A stretch of DNA of 64,000 nucleotides, taken from Candidatus Latescibacterota bacterium (GTDB taxonomy: Bacteria > Latescibacterota > UBA2968 > UBA8231). Shown here in pieces: positions 47,497 through 57,780 of this stretch. Each line of letters starts with the position of its first letter. Positions within the stretch are counted from its first letter, which is position 1. The stretch is taken from positions 4,192,001 through 4,256,000 of the forward strand of contig OZ252098.1 of assembly GCA_965248355.1 (NCBI GenBank), written 5' to 3'. The notes beneath the pieces were generated by a model that searched no databases, had not been told where the DNA came from, and was given only the letters and a program-made list of their open reading frames with translations. Made by a program: the position numbers and the translations under genes.

Positions 47497-48387
47497 ATGC
47501 ACCCTTCAATTCGCAGGTCCCGCTTGACCCCCTTCCTCGGCGTCGCTCTCAGTGTCGCTCTTGTGCCTCGAGCCGCCGATGCGGGAGCCTGGACGCTTGG
47601 AAAGGGCAATATGTGGAGCAAAATCACCTTCATGACCCAAGCGACCGATCAGCACTATGACGGCGAGGGAAATGCGGTCGAAATACCCTGGGATGCCCGC
47701 TACCAGTCCCGGCAGGTCTATCTCGACCTGTTCTACGGCGTGAAGGACGGCGTGGATGTCGGCCTGCAGGTCCCGTTTGTCAGCAGCAAGTTCGTCGACA
47801 GGGATGAAGGCAATGATGTAGGGACCCCTCCGCCGGCTCTTGAAACCGAATCGGGTCTGGGAGACCTGCGCGGATACGCCAAGATCAAGCTTCTGGACCA
47901 ATCCCAACTCGTCGGCACCCTGAAACTGGGATTCAAGACCCCGTTAGGGGAGTATCGGCCCGTGCCCGAGGCTCTTTCCGTCACCGATGGTCAATGGGAT
48001 CTTGAGGTTGTGGGGCAGATCGGCCGCTCCTTCTGGCCTACCCCCGTATACGCGAATCTCGACCTCGGGTATCGAATGCGCGGTGAATACAAGGACACCG
48101 ACGACATGGAACCCGACCGCAGCTATACTCCCGGCGCAGAGTTGGTTTTCGGCGCCGAGGCAGGCTACAGCCCCCTGGACAGGCTCGTCGTTGCCCTCAA
48201 GTTCGAAGGCCTTTCGGGAGCGGAGTACGATGCCTTGAGCAACCCGGGTGAGCCGGAGACGCTCAGCCAGAGCGTGACCAACCTCGTTCCTACGGTACTG
48301 GTCGACCAGAATCCCAAGCTGAGTCTCGAGGCCTCGGCGCGCCTGACCACCAGCGGCAACAGGTACTTCGCCGGGCCTACCTGGTAG
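47497..48387 (+). CDS. Putative outer-membrane beta-barrel protein (last strand cut by a TAG)
   Basis: Signal peptide, amphipathic strands, SGLGDL, FKTPLG.Y; LGLSYTG continues in frame after the stop. Confidence 0.6.
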   Translation: MHPSIRRSRLTPFLGVALSVALVPRAADAGAWTLGKGNMWSKITFMTQATDQHYDGEGNAVEIPWDARYQSRQVYLDLFYGVKDGVDVGLQVPFVSSKFVDRDEGNDVGTPPPALETESGLGDLRGYAKIKLLDQSQLVGTLKLGFKTPLGEYRPVPEALSVTDGQWDLEVVGQIGRSFWPTPVYANLDLGYRMRGEYKDTDDMEPDRSYTPGAELVFGAEAGYSPLDRLVVALKFEGLSGAEYDALSNPGEPETLSQSVTNLVPTVLVDQNPKLSLEASARLTTSGNRYFAGPTW

Positions 48388-48448
48388 CTCGGGCTCTCCT
48401 ACACGGGAAGCCTGGTCGAGTAGCTGCTTCACCAGGCATCAGGCTCAC

Positions 48449-49603
48449 ATGACAAGCCCATGGGACCGCAGCAAGGACGAGATCCTCGCCACCCTGCAGG
48501 ACGTGGTGGCCATCGAGAGCGTGAACCCCTCGCTGCCCGGGGGCCGGGCCGGGGAGGGGGGGATGGTGGAGTACCTCTCCGCCTTCTTCGAGGGCCTCGG
48601 ACTGCCCGTGGAGTTGTCGGAGGCGCTGCCGGGACGCCACAACCTCGTGGCCAGGCTGGAGGGGGAGGATCCGAACCGCGCCGTGCTTTTCGAGTGCCAC
48701 ATGGACACGGCCTCCGTCGAGGTAATGTCGATTCCGCCCTTCGAGCCGCACATCCGCGACGGGCTAATGTACGGACGGGGTTCGGCCGACACCAAGGCCG
48801 GGGGGGTGGCGATGATGCACGCCATGAAGCGCCTCGTGGAGGCGGGGGTGAAGCCGCCGCGGACGATCCTCTACGCCGGCTCCGTGGACGAGGAGTACCT
48901 CATGCGGGGGGCCCGCCATCTCGCCCCCCGGATCGAGGTCGAAGCCGCCGTCATCGCCGAGCCGACGGACCTGGCCGTGATCCGCGGCCACAAGGGGGTG
49001 GTCCGCTTCCACGTCGCCGTCGAGGGGAAGGCCGCCCACAGCTCCAAGCCGTGGCTGGGGGTCAACGCCATCTCCGGGATGGCGCGGCTGGTGACCCGCA
49101 TCGAGGATGTGGTCGGCGCCGACTACGCCTCCCGGGAGGATCCCCTCCTCGGCCATCCGACCATGAACATCGGCGTCATCGAGGGCGGCATGCAGGTCAA
49201 CTTCGTGCCCGACCGCTGCAGGATCGACGTCGACGTGCGCACCATCCCGGGGCAGACGGCCGACGAGGTGACGGCGCAGTTCGCCGCCGTCATCGCCGAG
49301 GAGAAGGGGGTCGACGCCGTGCTCGAGGATCCCTACATCACCCTGACCGCCGTCGGCACCGGCGAGGAGGCGGAGATCGTCCAGAGCGCCGCCGCCGCCT
49401 GCCGCGAGGTCCTGGGAGAGGCGGTGATCGGCGGCGTGCCCTATGGCACGGACGGCAGTCCCTTCGCCGACCGCGGGGTGCCGACGATCATCCTGGGCCC
49501 CGGCAGCATCGACCAGGCCCACGGCGCCGTGGAGTGGATCGAGTGCCGGCAGGTGACTCAGGCGGTGGACGTGTACCAGCGGATCATGCTGAGCCCGGGG
49601 TGA
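48449..49603 (+). CDS. M20 family metallopeptidase (ArgE/DapE-like)
   Basis: ECHMDT, YGRGSADTKAG, VDEE, AEPT, GKAAHSS, GPGSIDQAH. Confidence 0.92.
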   Translation: MTSPWDRSKDEILATLQDVVAIESVNPSLPGGRAGEGGMVEYLSAFFEGLGLPVELSEALPGRHNLVARLEGEDPNRAVLFECHMDTASVEVMSIPPFEPHIRDGLMYGRGSADTKAGGVAMMHAMKRLVEAGVKPPRTILYAGSVDEEYLMRGARHLAPRIEVEAAVIAEPTDLAVIRGHKGVVRFHVAVEGKAAHSSKPWLGVNAISGMARLVTRIEDVVGADYASREDPLLGHPTMNIGVIEGGMQVNFVPDRCRIDVDVRTIPGQTADEVTAQFAAVIAEEKGVDAVLEDPYITLTAVGTGEEAEIVQSAAAACREVLGEAVIGGVPYGTDGSPFADRGVPTIILGPGSIDQAHGAVEWIECRQVTQAVDVYQRIMLSPG

Positions 49604-50696
49604 CCCTCTTGCGGCGCAGGGTCCGCTCGGCGAGCAGCTCCGGGTCGGGGGCCGGCAGGCCGCCCGTGAAGGGCTTGAAGGCGCAGCCCTCGGCCAGCTC
49701 CAGGGCCGGCTCCGACAGGTCCCGCCGGTAGAAGCGGGACGAGGGGAACAGGTCCCCCGGGTAGGTGAAGTTCTCCAGCGTCGCCAGCTCCACGCAGATC
49801 GCGCCCCCGAGGGCGCTCTCCAGCATGCCCCCTACCCACACGGGGATGCCGTCGTCCCGGGCCATGTCGTGCACGACCAGGGCGTTGCCCAGGCCGCCGA
49901 TGCGGCCCGGCTTGATGTTGATGTAGCGGCAGGCTCCGACTCGGAGCGCCTGCTCGGCGGAGCGGATGTCGACGATGCTCTCGTCGAGGCAGATGGGGGT
50001 CTCGATCCGCCCGGCCAGCTCGGCGTGATCGAGCAGGTCGTTGTAGTGGAGGGGCTGCTCGATGAAGGCCAGCCCCAGGCCGTCGATGGCCTGGAAGAAG
50101 GGCAGGTCGTCGAGGCTGTACCCGGAGTTGCAGTCGATGTGGAAGGTCGTCTCCGGGAAGGTTCCGGTGACGACTTGCAGCATCTCCAGGTCCCAGCCCC
50201 GCGCCACTTTCAGCTTGACCCGCGGGAAGCCGGCGTCGACGGCCTTCTGGATGTTCCCGAGGAGCATGTCGTACGAGTCCTGGATGCCGAAGTCGGCCCC
50301 GGCCGGCACGTCGCGGGTCCGTCCGCCCAGCAGCCGGTGCAGGGGCGTCCCGGTGATGCGGCTCTGCAGCGTCCACCAGCCGATCTCGATGGCCGCCTTG
50401 GCGAAGCTGTTGCCCTTGAAGATCGCCAGCCGCTCGTTGAGCTCGGCCGCGGTGTCGTACTCGCGCCCGGCCACCCAGGGGCCCATGACCTCCGACACGT
50501 GGTAGAAGACCGAGCCGGCGCTCTCGTTGAGATAGGTGGGCGCGAAGAAGGGGGTGCTCTCCGACCAGGCCACGTGCCCGCCGCTGGTGAAGCGGACGAG
50601 GACGGAGTGGATGTCGGCGTCCTCGCCGTAGGCCGTGCGCCAGGGATAGATCAGCGGCATGACCACGTAGTGGACGTCGAGCTCGTCGATCCGCAT
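49584..50696 (-). CDS. menC: o-Succinylbenzoate synthase/N-acylamino acid racemase family protein
   Basis: VKLKV, IDCNSGY, IEQP, CLDESI, NIKPGRIGG, WVGGMLES, PGDL. Confidence 0.85.
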   Translation of the reverse strand: MRIDELDVHYVVMPLIYPWRTAYGEDADIHSVLVRFTSGGHVAWSESTPFFAPTYLNESAGSVFYHVSEVMGPWVAGREYDTAAELNERLAIFKGNSFAKAAIEIGWWTLQSRITGTPLHRLLGGRTRDVPAGADFGIQDSYDMLLGNIQKAVDAGFPRVKLKVARGWDLEMLQVVTGTFPETTFHIDCNSGYSLDDLPFFQAIDGLGLAFIEQPLHYNDLLDHAELAGRIETPICLDESIVDIRSAEQALRVGACRYINIKPGRIGGLGNALVVHDMARDDGIPVWVGGMLESALGGAICVELATLENFTYPGDLFPSSRFYRRDLSEPALELAEGCAFKPFTGGLPAPDPELLAERTLRRKRVTPGSA

Positions 50697-50700
50697 CAGC

Positions 50701-51753
50701 TCACGCCCGCTTCAGAGTCCTGCCGGTGTACCGCAGGATTTCATGTCCGGGAGGATGGTAGAAGCACCCCACCTCCTTCACGACTTCGCCTTTGCGCCGC
50801 ATGCATTCCCCTTCCGGGAGAGTGAGAACGATGTCCTCGACATCGTGCGGTCCAATGCGCCAGTGGCCGCACACGGCTCCGCTCAACTCTCCGTCGATGA
50901 GCAGGTAAGCGAGCACTTCCAGCCCTTCGAAGCGCTCCTTGAGTTCGACTGTATGGGGGATGACGAGAGGATCTCCCCGGTGAAGCATGAATACGCCTGC
51001 GTCCATTGGAGCCGGGTCCAGGTTGCGGTCTTCAACGCAGGTCCATCCCTCTCCCAGGCCTTCCACCCGAACGGGTGAGAGCCCTTCCTTTTCGAACCGG
51101 GTCAGAACCGTCGTCAGCCCTCGTTTGGTGAATCCCGACCAGCTCTTCAGCTCCTCGAAGGTGGCGAACACGTGGCTATGAAGAAAGCGTCTGATCACAG
51201 TCGTGGCCGCTTCCTCCCACGACAGACGACCCAGGTCAACCTCCGGAAGCGCCGAATCCAGCAGGGACCAGAGCCGGTCCCAACCCCCATCGCTCTGATC
51301 TTCGAACACCAGGAACGCCTCCTGCAGGCGATGCAGCGCCGGCATCAGCTTCTTGTGCTGAATCTCCATCTCCTGCCGCAGCTGGCGCGGGGACAGTCCG
51401 TCGTGGTAGCTCAAGACCTGAAGGACTCGATCCTGTACGCTGTTGAGGGCTTTCAGCGGCCGGCGCAAGGCCGTGGCGTAGAGCTCGAAATCCGCGGCCA
51501 GCACATAGCCGATCCTGCCGCCGGAGAACCGGCCTTTCAGCAGGTCCTGACGGGCCCGCAATCCGTCGGCCAGAACCTGGTCGTCCCCGAGGCAGCGGTG
51601 CATGAGCCGGGGAGGCGCGCCCGGCATGTCCCGGGCTACGGGAGTCACGGGCTGCAGTCTCCTGACCAGCTCGAGGTATTCCCCCTCGTCGCGGGCAGGC
51701 GATAACAGCCCGTGGCGCCTGAGGCGGTGGGCGAGGATGGATTCCTTTCTCAT
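50701..51753 (-). CDS. Winged-helix AlkZ/YcaQ-like (HTH_42) protein
   Basis: RFLHSHVFATFEELKSWSG, LLIDGELSG..GHW, central HTH. Confidence 0.55.
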   Translation of the reverse strand: MRKESILAHRLRRHGLLSPARDEGEYLELVRRLQPVTPVARDMPGAPPRLMHRCLGDDQVLADGLRARQDLLKGRFSGGRIGYVLAADFELYATALRRPLKALNSVQDRVLQVLSYHDGLSPRQLRQEMEIQHKKLMPALHRLQEAFLVFEDQSDGGWDRLWSLLDSALPEVDLGRLSWEEAATTVIRRFLHSHVFATFEELKSWSGFTKRGLTTVLTRFEKEGLSPVRVEGLGEGWTCVEDRNLDPAPMDAGVFMLHRGDPLVIPHTVELKERFEGLEVLAYLLIDGELSGAVCGHWRIGPHDVEDIVLTLPEGECMRRKGEVVKEVGCFYHPPGHEILRYTGRTLKRA

Positions 51754-51914
51754 TTGCCGGGGACTCAGAGCGGGCCTCTGTACTCGGCCCTGGCTTCTTC
51801 TTGTCTGGTGCGCAACGACCGCTCTCTCGTGCCCGAATATATGCCGGAACAGCCGTAGCGCATCCATCCCCCGCGTCCTATGTTCCCGCGCGCACTTCAC
51901 CGGGAGAATCGATC

Positions 51915-52916
51915 ATGCGCATCGGCATCATGGGCGTCCACTACGGCCACATCGGCGGCATGATCCAGTCCGCCTTGCAGGCATCCAACGGCGAGGTCGT
52001 CGGCCTGGTGGAAGAAGACGACGCGCTCTGCGCGCGCCATGCATCCATCCCCCGCTTCGCCACCCTGGAGGAGATGATCGACCGCGCCCGGCCCGAGCTG
52101 ATCCTCGAAGGCTTGATCCACCACGAGAAGACCGCGCTCGTGGAGACCTGCGCCGGCGCTGGCATTCACCTGCTCCTCGACAAACCCATGTGCCGCACCC
52201 TCGACGACTGGGAGCGCATGCGCCGCGCCGTCGCCGCCAGCTCGATCCACGTGACCATGTGGTTCACCTCGCGCAGCTATCCGCCGTTCATCGCCCTGCG
52301 CCAGGCCATTCTCGACGGAACCCTCGGGACCATCGCCAGCCTCGTGTCCACCCATCCGCACAAGATCCGCCGCTCCACGGCCCCGGCCTGGTACTTCGAC
52401 CCGCAGCAGTACACCGGCACCTTCCACGACCTCGCCTGCCACGGTGTCGATCAAGTCCGCTGGCTCACCGGCGCCGAATGCGTCGGCGTCCACGCCCTCG
52501 CCACCTGCAGGCGATTCACCGATGAACCGCGCCTGGAGGACCACGTGCAGGCTTCCTTCGCGCTGTCCGACGGCTCGCTGGCAACCCTCACCGCCGACTG
52601 GCTCACGCCGCAAGCCTCGCCCGCCTTTGGCGACACTCGCGTCATCATCATGGGCACGGCCGGCTCGGCGCACCTGCGCGCCTATGCCGGCGATCACCTG
52701 CTCATCGCCACCAACGAGGGCGACCCGTACACACCCGATCTGCCCGAGGGCCGCAGTGATGAGTTTGTCGCCGACCTGATCGACGCACTTGAACGTGGTA
52801 ACGACCTGTTCATTCCCACCCGCTCGGTCTTCGCCGCGGCCCAGGCCTGCCTGCTGGCCCAGGAATCGGCCCGGCAAGGAGGCGCGTTCCTCCCCATTCC
52901 GTCGTTTACGCTATAA
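51915..52916 (+). CDS. Gfo/Idh/MocA family oxidoreductase
   Basis: MRIGIMG, LLDKPM, GTFHDLACHGVD. Confidence 0.85.
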   Translation: MRIGIMGVHYGHIGGMIQSALQASNGEVVGLVEEDDALCARHASIPRFATLEEMIDRARPELILEGLIHHEKTALVETCAGAGIHLLLDKPMCRTLDDWERMRRAVAASSIHVTMWFTSRSYPPFIALRQAILDGTLGTIASLVSTHPHKIRRSTAPAWYFDPQQYTGTFHDLACHGVDQVRWLTGAECVGVHALATCRRFTDEPRLEDHVQASFALSDGSLATLTADWLTPQASPAFGDTRVIIMGTAGSAHLRAYAGDHLLIATNEGDPYTPDLPEGRSDEFVADLIDALERGNDLFIPTRSVFAAAQACLLAQESARQGGAFLPIPSFTL

Positions 52917-52930
52917 AGAGGAGCATTGGA

Positions 52931-54457
52931 ATGAGCCCGGACTTCCCCCGACTGATCTTCAATTCCGACGGCGACTCGACCACGTACATCGCCTTCGAAC
53001 CGCCGATCACACCGGAGCAGGCCTGCCGCGATATCGAGGAGATCGCCGGCACCAAGGTCGAGGTGTTCACCAACTCCATGGGCCGCGGCGACGAAACCTT
53101 TTCCCACCCCACCCGGTTCGGCGAAATCTACGGCTCCAACGTCAGCGAATGGCCGCAAGCCGAGGGCCTGGAATACGTGCGCTGGATGGCCGACAGCACC
53201 AAGGCGCTGCTCGATCAGGGCGTCAACATCATCGAGCTGCTGGCGGCGCGAGCACACGAGCGGGAGATGCGGTTCTGGCCCGCTCTGCGGATGAACGACA
53301 TCCACGAGGACGACACCGGGCGCTGGAGCGCCCTTCGGAGCACGTTCAAGAAAGAGCACCCGGAGCTGCTGATCGGGTCGCCCTACCCGAAAGTGTCCGG
53401 ATACCGCGGCTACCGGCAGGACGACTTCACCTGGGCCTTCAACTTCGCCCGCGAGGAGGTGCGCGAGCGCAAACTCGGCCTGATCCTGGAGACCTGCGAG
53501 CGTTACGACATCGACGGATTCGAGCTGGATTTCCAGCGCGGACGCTGGTACTTCAAGCAGGGAGAAGAAGCGGAGGGCATGCCGCTGATGACCGACTTCA
53601 TGCGCAAGGTCAGAGCCGGCACCGCGGAGATCGCGAAAGAGAAAGGGCGGCCGTTCACCCTGATGCTGCGGGTCCCGCCAACTCGCGAGCGCTGTCTGGG
53701 CACCGGGCTGGACGTTCCCACCTGGATCCGGGAGGAGCTGGCCGACCTGTTCATCCCCATGGACAACGCGTACCTCGACATGGGGGCCGAGATTGCCGCG
53801 TTCAAGGAACTGGCCAAGGGAACCTCCTGCCGGATCGGCGGCGGCCTGGAGCGCCTCTCCAAGGCCTACGGCTACGCCGGCAACGACATGCTGTACGCCG
53901 CGGCATCGAGCTTCTGGTATCAGGGGGCCAGCTGCATCTATCTGTTCAACTACGACTGCCATCGGCTGCCGAGGACCGGCAGCGAGTGCTACACCCCGGA
54001 CGAGATCCAGTTGCTCCGCGAGATCCACGACCCGCGACGGATCGCCCGCCGGAACAAGCGCTACACCGTGAGCGTGGACATGCAACTGAATACTCCCGAT
54101 CAGGGCGGCGAGATGCCCCTCCCCTGTGAGATCGCGGAGGCCGGCCAGAGTCAGGCCTTTGCGATCGTGGTCGGGGACGATATCGAATCCGCGCGACGAG
54201 AGCAGGCCGTAGCCGATACCTGGCTGCGGATCACCTATCGAGAGTGCGACCCCGCCCTGGTGGAGGCATCGGTCTCCTTGAACGGCCACCTCCTGGATTC
54301 AGGACATCGGATCGAATTGCCGTCCGGCACGACCGTGACCTTTCGCGACATCCCGGTCGTACAGGGAACCAACCGAATCGACGTAGCACTCAATCGGATG
54401 AACGGTCAGGACGGCCTGCGCATCGAAGGAATCGAACTGGTAATCGCCTATTCGTGA
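52931..54457 (+). CDS. Glycoside hydrolase-like TIM-barrel protein (GHL10-like)
   Basis: IFNSDG, LRMNDIH, FNFAREEVR, YDIDGFELDFQR, IYLFNY. Confidence 0.65.
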   Translation: MSPDFPRLIFNSDGDSTTYIAFEPPITPEQACRDIEEIAGTKVEVFTNSMGRGDETFSHPTRFGEIYGSNVSEWPQAEGLEYVRWMADSTKALLDQGVNIIELLAARAHEREMRFWPALRMNDIHEDDTGRWSALRSTFKKEHPELLIGSPYPKVSGYRGYRQDDFTWAFNFAREEVRERKLGLILETCERYDIDGFELDFQRGRWYFKQGEEAEGMPLMTDFMRKVRAGTAEIAKEKGRPFTLMLRVPPTRERCLGTGLDVPTWIREELADLFIPMDNAYLDMGAEIAAFKELAKGTSCRIGGGLERLSKAYGYAGNDMLYAAASSFWYQGASCIYLFNYDCHRLPRTGSECYTPDEIQLLREIHDPRRIARRNKRYTVSVDMQLNTPDQGGEMPLPCEIAEAGQSQAFAIVVGDDIESARREQAVADTWLRITYRECDPALVEASVSLNGHLLDSGHRIELPSGTTVTFRDIPVVQGTNRIDVALNRMNGQDGLRIEGIELVIAYS

Positions 54458-54485
54458 GGAGACAGCAACTTGGAAAGGGACGCCA

Positions 54486-55625
54486 TTGAAGATCACGGAA
54501 GTCCAAACCGCTGAAGTGCGCATGCAGGTCAACGGCCAACCCCGCTACCTCTACCACTACGTCCGCATCCACACCGACGAGGGCCTCTACGGCACCGGCG
54601 AGGCCAGCCACGTCGATGGCGGCTGGCGCGGTTCCACCCGGACCATGGCCACCCAGCTCATCGGCAAGGACCCGCGCGATGTCGATGCGCTTTTTGAAGG
54701 CATTCGCCGCAGCTACATCTTCCGCGGGGGCATGTCGGGCCTGGCGATTTCGGCCTTGACCGGTCTGGAGATCGCCCTTTGGGATCTGGCTGGGAAGGCC
54801 CAGGGTGTACCCGTCTACCGGCTCCTGGGCGGCAAGTTCCGCGACCGGGTGCGCCTGTACGTCGACAGCGCCCATTCGGACTACAAGCAGCGCGCCGAGG
54901 AGGCGCGCGCAAGAGGCTTCACCGCGATCAAGTTCGACCTCGACGATGCGGGCCACCCGGAGAAGCTCGATCCCTGGAACTGGTCGGTGGCCCCCGCCGA
55001 GCTGGAGGATCTGGTCGACCGGGCGCACCGGATCCGCGAGGCCGTCGGCCCCCACATGGACCTGGCCCTTGATCTGCACGGGCGCTACGACGTCACCGCC
55101 GGGATGAAGTTCGCCCACGCTTTCGAGGGCCTGAACCTGATGTGGCTCGAGGAGCCGGTGCCGCCCGAGAATATCGATGCCCTCAAGCGCATCACCGACT
55201 CGACCCGCACCCCGATCTGCGCCGGCGAGAACGCCTATCTGCGCTACGGTTTCCGCGACATGATCGAGCAGCAGGCGGTCGATATCATCATGCCCGACAT
55301 CTCCAAGTGCGGCGGCCTGTCCGAGTCTCGCAAGATCGCCAACATGGCCGAGACCTGGTACATCCCCTTGGCCCCGCACAACAATTCCAGCGCCCTGAGC
55401 ACGGTGGCCGACGCCCACGTCTGCGCCAGTGTGCCCAATTTCCTCGCCCTGGAGTTCCATCGCTACGACGATCCGACCTGGAGCGATGTGCTGATCTCCG
55501 ACGAGCCGGTGATTCAGGATGGGCACGTTGTGCTGAGCGAGAAGCCGGGCCTGGGGGTGGAGTTGAACGAGGGGTTCCTGCAGAGCATGCTGGACGGGAA
55601 GGCGCTCTGGCAGCCAGGCACGTAA
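54486..55625 (+). CDS. Mandelate racemase-family acid-sugar dehydratase (DgoD-like)
   Basis: IALWDLAGKAQGVPVYRLLGG, IKFD, DLHG, WLEEP, AGEN, APHN, LEFH. Confidence 0.9.
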   Translation: MKITEVQTAEVRMQVNGQPRYLYHYVRIHTDEGLYGTGEASHVDGGWRGSTRTMATQLIGKDPRDVDALFEGIRRSYIFRGGMSGLAISALTGLEIALWDLAGKAQGVPVYRLLGGKFRDRVRLYVDSAHSDYKQRAEEARARGFTAIKFDLDDAGHPEKLDPWNWSVAPAELEDLVDRAHRIREAVGPHMDLALDLHGRYDVTAGMKFAHAFEGLNLMWLEEPVPPENIDALKRITDSTRTPICAGENAYLRYGFRDMIEQQAVDIIMPDISKCGGLSESRKIANMAETWYIPLAPHNNSSALSTVADAHVCASVPNFLALEFHRYDDPTWSDVLISDEPVIQDGHVVLSEKPGLGVELNEGFLQSMLDGKALWQPGT

Positions 55626-55650
55626 GCCGCCGCGTCATTTCCGGCCCGCG

Positions 55651-56403
55651 CTATATCGAGATTCGCTTCTCGGGCGGGAGGGTCTTGTCGCCCTCGACAA
55701 CGCCTTCCCGGTGCTCACCGCGCTCGACCATGACCTGCCGGGCGGCGATGCGCATGCGGTCCTCGTGGGAGAGGGATTTCTGCACCTTCCAGATGAATTC
55801 CGACAGCGTTTCCCCGGGGGAGAGATCGGAGTTGTCAATGACGAACTTCCTGCGGATCAGCGACGACGAGAACTCCTCCTGGAACCTCTCAAGGACGTGC
55901 TCGACGTCCTCCTCGCGGAGGACTCCCGGCCGCCTTCCCTTCTGGTCGCGGGGCATGGGGTCACGGCGCATCCGCTCCGTGATCGCCTCCGGGCGGGCGG
56001 TGATCAGTACCATGATGGTGTCCGGGGCCTCCTTCATGATGTCGTGCTCCATACGCCGGGCCAGGGCCGAGCGGTCCGCATACTGGCCGCGTCCACCGTA
56101 GCCGTAGTACAGCGGCGCAAAGACCGCCTCCTCGATGTGGTACCCGACCAGAAGGTGATCGGCTTCCGACAGGAAAGCGCCCCTGCCATGGTAGGCCATC
56201 TGGTAGCGCTGGAACCGTTCCTTGAAGGCAGGACTCATGCGCATGAAAAGCTCGCGGTCCTCGCCGGCCACCTCCGAGGACGGGAGGGTGAAGTGGTCGT
56301 GAAACGACCTGCTGTACCCCGTAAGGTCCGCGAGCCATCGCGATACGCCGCCGGCCAGGGTCGTCTTTCCAACGTGCTCGCAGCCGGTAATGATCAGTCT
56401 CAT
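55651..56403 (-). CDS. Hypothetical P-loop (nucleotide kinase-like) protein
   Basis: N-terminal Walker A-like GCEHVGKTT. Confidence 0.65.
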   Translation of the reverse strand: MRLIITGCEHVGKTTLAGGVSRWLADLTGYSRSFHDHFTLPSSEVAGEDRELFMRMSPAFKERFQRYQMAYHGRGAFLSEADHLLVGYHIEEAVFAPLYYGYGGRGQYADRSALARRMEHDIMKEAPDTIMVLITARPEAITERMRRDPMPRDQKGRRPGVLREEDVEHVLERFQEEFSSSLIRRKFVIDNSDLSPGETLSEFIWKVQKSLSHEDRMRIAARQVMVERGEHREGVVEGDKTLPPEKRISI

Positions 56404-56490
56404 GGTCCCCTCCTCCGGGTTTCTGCGCTACAGAGTACAGGTGTCGCATCGCATGGACAACTGTTTCTTCACCGCTGACAGGAGCCGAAC

Positions 56491-57621
56491 ATGAAGATCG
56501 TCGACATCGGAGCCGTCCTGCTTCAACCGACCCCGTGGGTGCTGGTGAAGGTGCGCACCGACGAGGGGATCACCGGCATCGGCGAGGCCTACCACGGAGC
56601 CGGCGTCCACCACATCGCCGTGGACGAGCGCCTCACCCGGGGCGCCCTCATCGGCCAGGACCCGCGCAACGTGGACAGGCTCTTCCGCGACATGAAGAGC
56701 TCCATGTCGGCTTCGGGGTACTACCAGGGAGCGGTGATGAGCGCCATCAGCGGCATCGAGATGGCCCTGTGGGACATCACCGGGCAGGCCCTCGGAGTGC
56801 CGATCTGGCAACTGCTCGGGGGGGCCTGGCGCGACTCCATCCGCCTCTACAACGACTGCCACGCCGGGGAAGACGAGGCGGATCCCGCTTCCTGGGCGGC
56901 CAAGGCGAAGGCGGTGGAGGCGCGCGGCTTCGACGCCGTCAAGTTCGACATCGATCCGCGCCCCGACCGGCGCGACCGCTACAACCGCACCATGAGCAAC
57001 CGCGACATCGCCTTCCACATCGAGGTGGTCACGGGGATCCGCGAGGCCCTTGAGCCGAATACGGATCTGCTCATCGACGCCCACTGGGCCTACGCCCCCC
57101 ACGACATCCTCAAGGTCGCCTACGCCTTCGAGGAGCTGGACCTGATGTGGCTGGAAGATCCGATTCCCGCCGAGAACGTGGCCGCCCTCAGGGAGGTGAA
57201 GGCGGCGACACGGGTGCCGATCTGCACGGGGGAGAACCTGTACACGCGGCACGGGTTCCGCGAGCTGGTCGAGACCCAGGCGACCGACATCATCTCGCCC
57301 GACCTCGCCAAGGCGGGCGGCCTTTCGGAGGGGCGGCGCATCGCCGACCTCGCCGACATCTACTACATGCCGATCTCACCGCACAACATCTGCGGGCCCA
57401 TCGGCACGATGGCGATGGTCCACGTCTGCGCCGCTTCCCCCAACTTCCAGGTACTCGAGTTCCACCACCTCGACAACGAGCTGTGGAACAGCCTCACGGT
57501 GGAGCGCGACCTGATCGTCGGCGGGCACATCCCCCTGCCGCGCGCTCCCGGTCTCGGCGTCACCCTCGACGAGGAGACGGCGCGCCGAGCCGCACGGGAG
57601 GACCTGCGGTTCTTCGAATGA
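56491..57621 (+). CDS. Mandelate racemase-family acid-sugar dehydratase (DgoD-like)
   Basis: EMALWDITG, VKFD, DAHW, WLEDP, TGEN, SPHN, LEFH. Confidence 0.9.
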   Translation: MKIVDIGAVLLQPTPWVLVKVRTDEGITGIGEAYHGAGVHHIAVDERLTRGALIGQDPRNVDRLFRDMKSSMSASGYYQGAVMSAISGIEMALWDITGQALGVPIWQLLGGAWRDSIRLYNDCHAGEDEADPASWAAKAKAVEARGFDAVKFDIDPRPDRRDRYNRTMSNRDIAFHIEVVTGIREALEPNTDLLIDAHWAYAPHDILKVAYAFEELDLMWLEDPIPAENVAALREVKAATRVPICTGENLYTRHGFRELVETQATDIISPDLAKAGGLSEGRRIADLADIYYMPISPHNICGPIGTMAMVHVCAASPNFQVLEFHHLDNELWNSLTVERDLIVGGHIPLPRAPGLGVTLDEETARRAAREDLRFFE

Positions 57622-57659
57622 GGCACACCAATGGTTGACGAAGGACTGGCATACGCACC

Positions 57660-57757
57660 CGCCAGCGGCGCGGCGGCCGCTGTAGCGGCCTGCCTGTGCC
57701 CCGCCGCGACCGGGAGCGACGGCGGAGGATCTCTGCGCATACCCGCCAACTTCTGCC
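57660..57757 (+). pseudogene. Amidase-signature fragment
   Basis: SGAAAAVAACLCPAATGSDGGGSLRIPANFC only; the rest of the enzyme is absent. Confidence 0.75.
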
Positions 57758-57780
57758 CGATTTCCTGGCCGCAACCGGGC

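Noticed and set aside
21848..48387. Amber recoding or pyrrolysine as the explanation of the two in-frame TAGs
   Set aside because: TAG terminates many intact genes here and no pyl genes are seen
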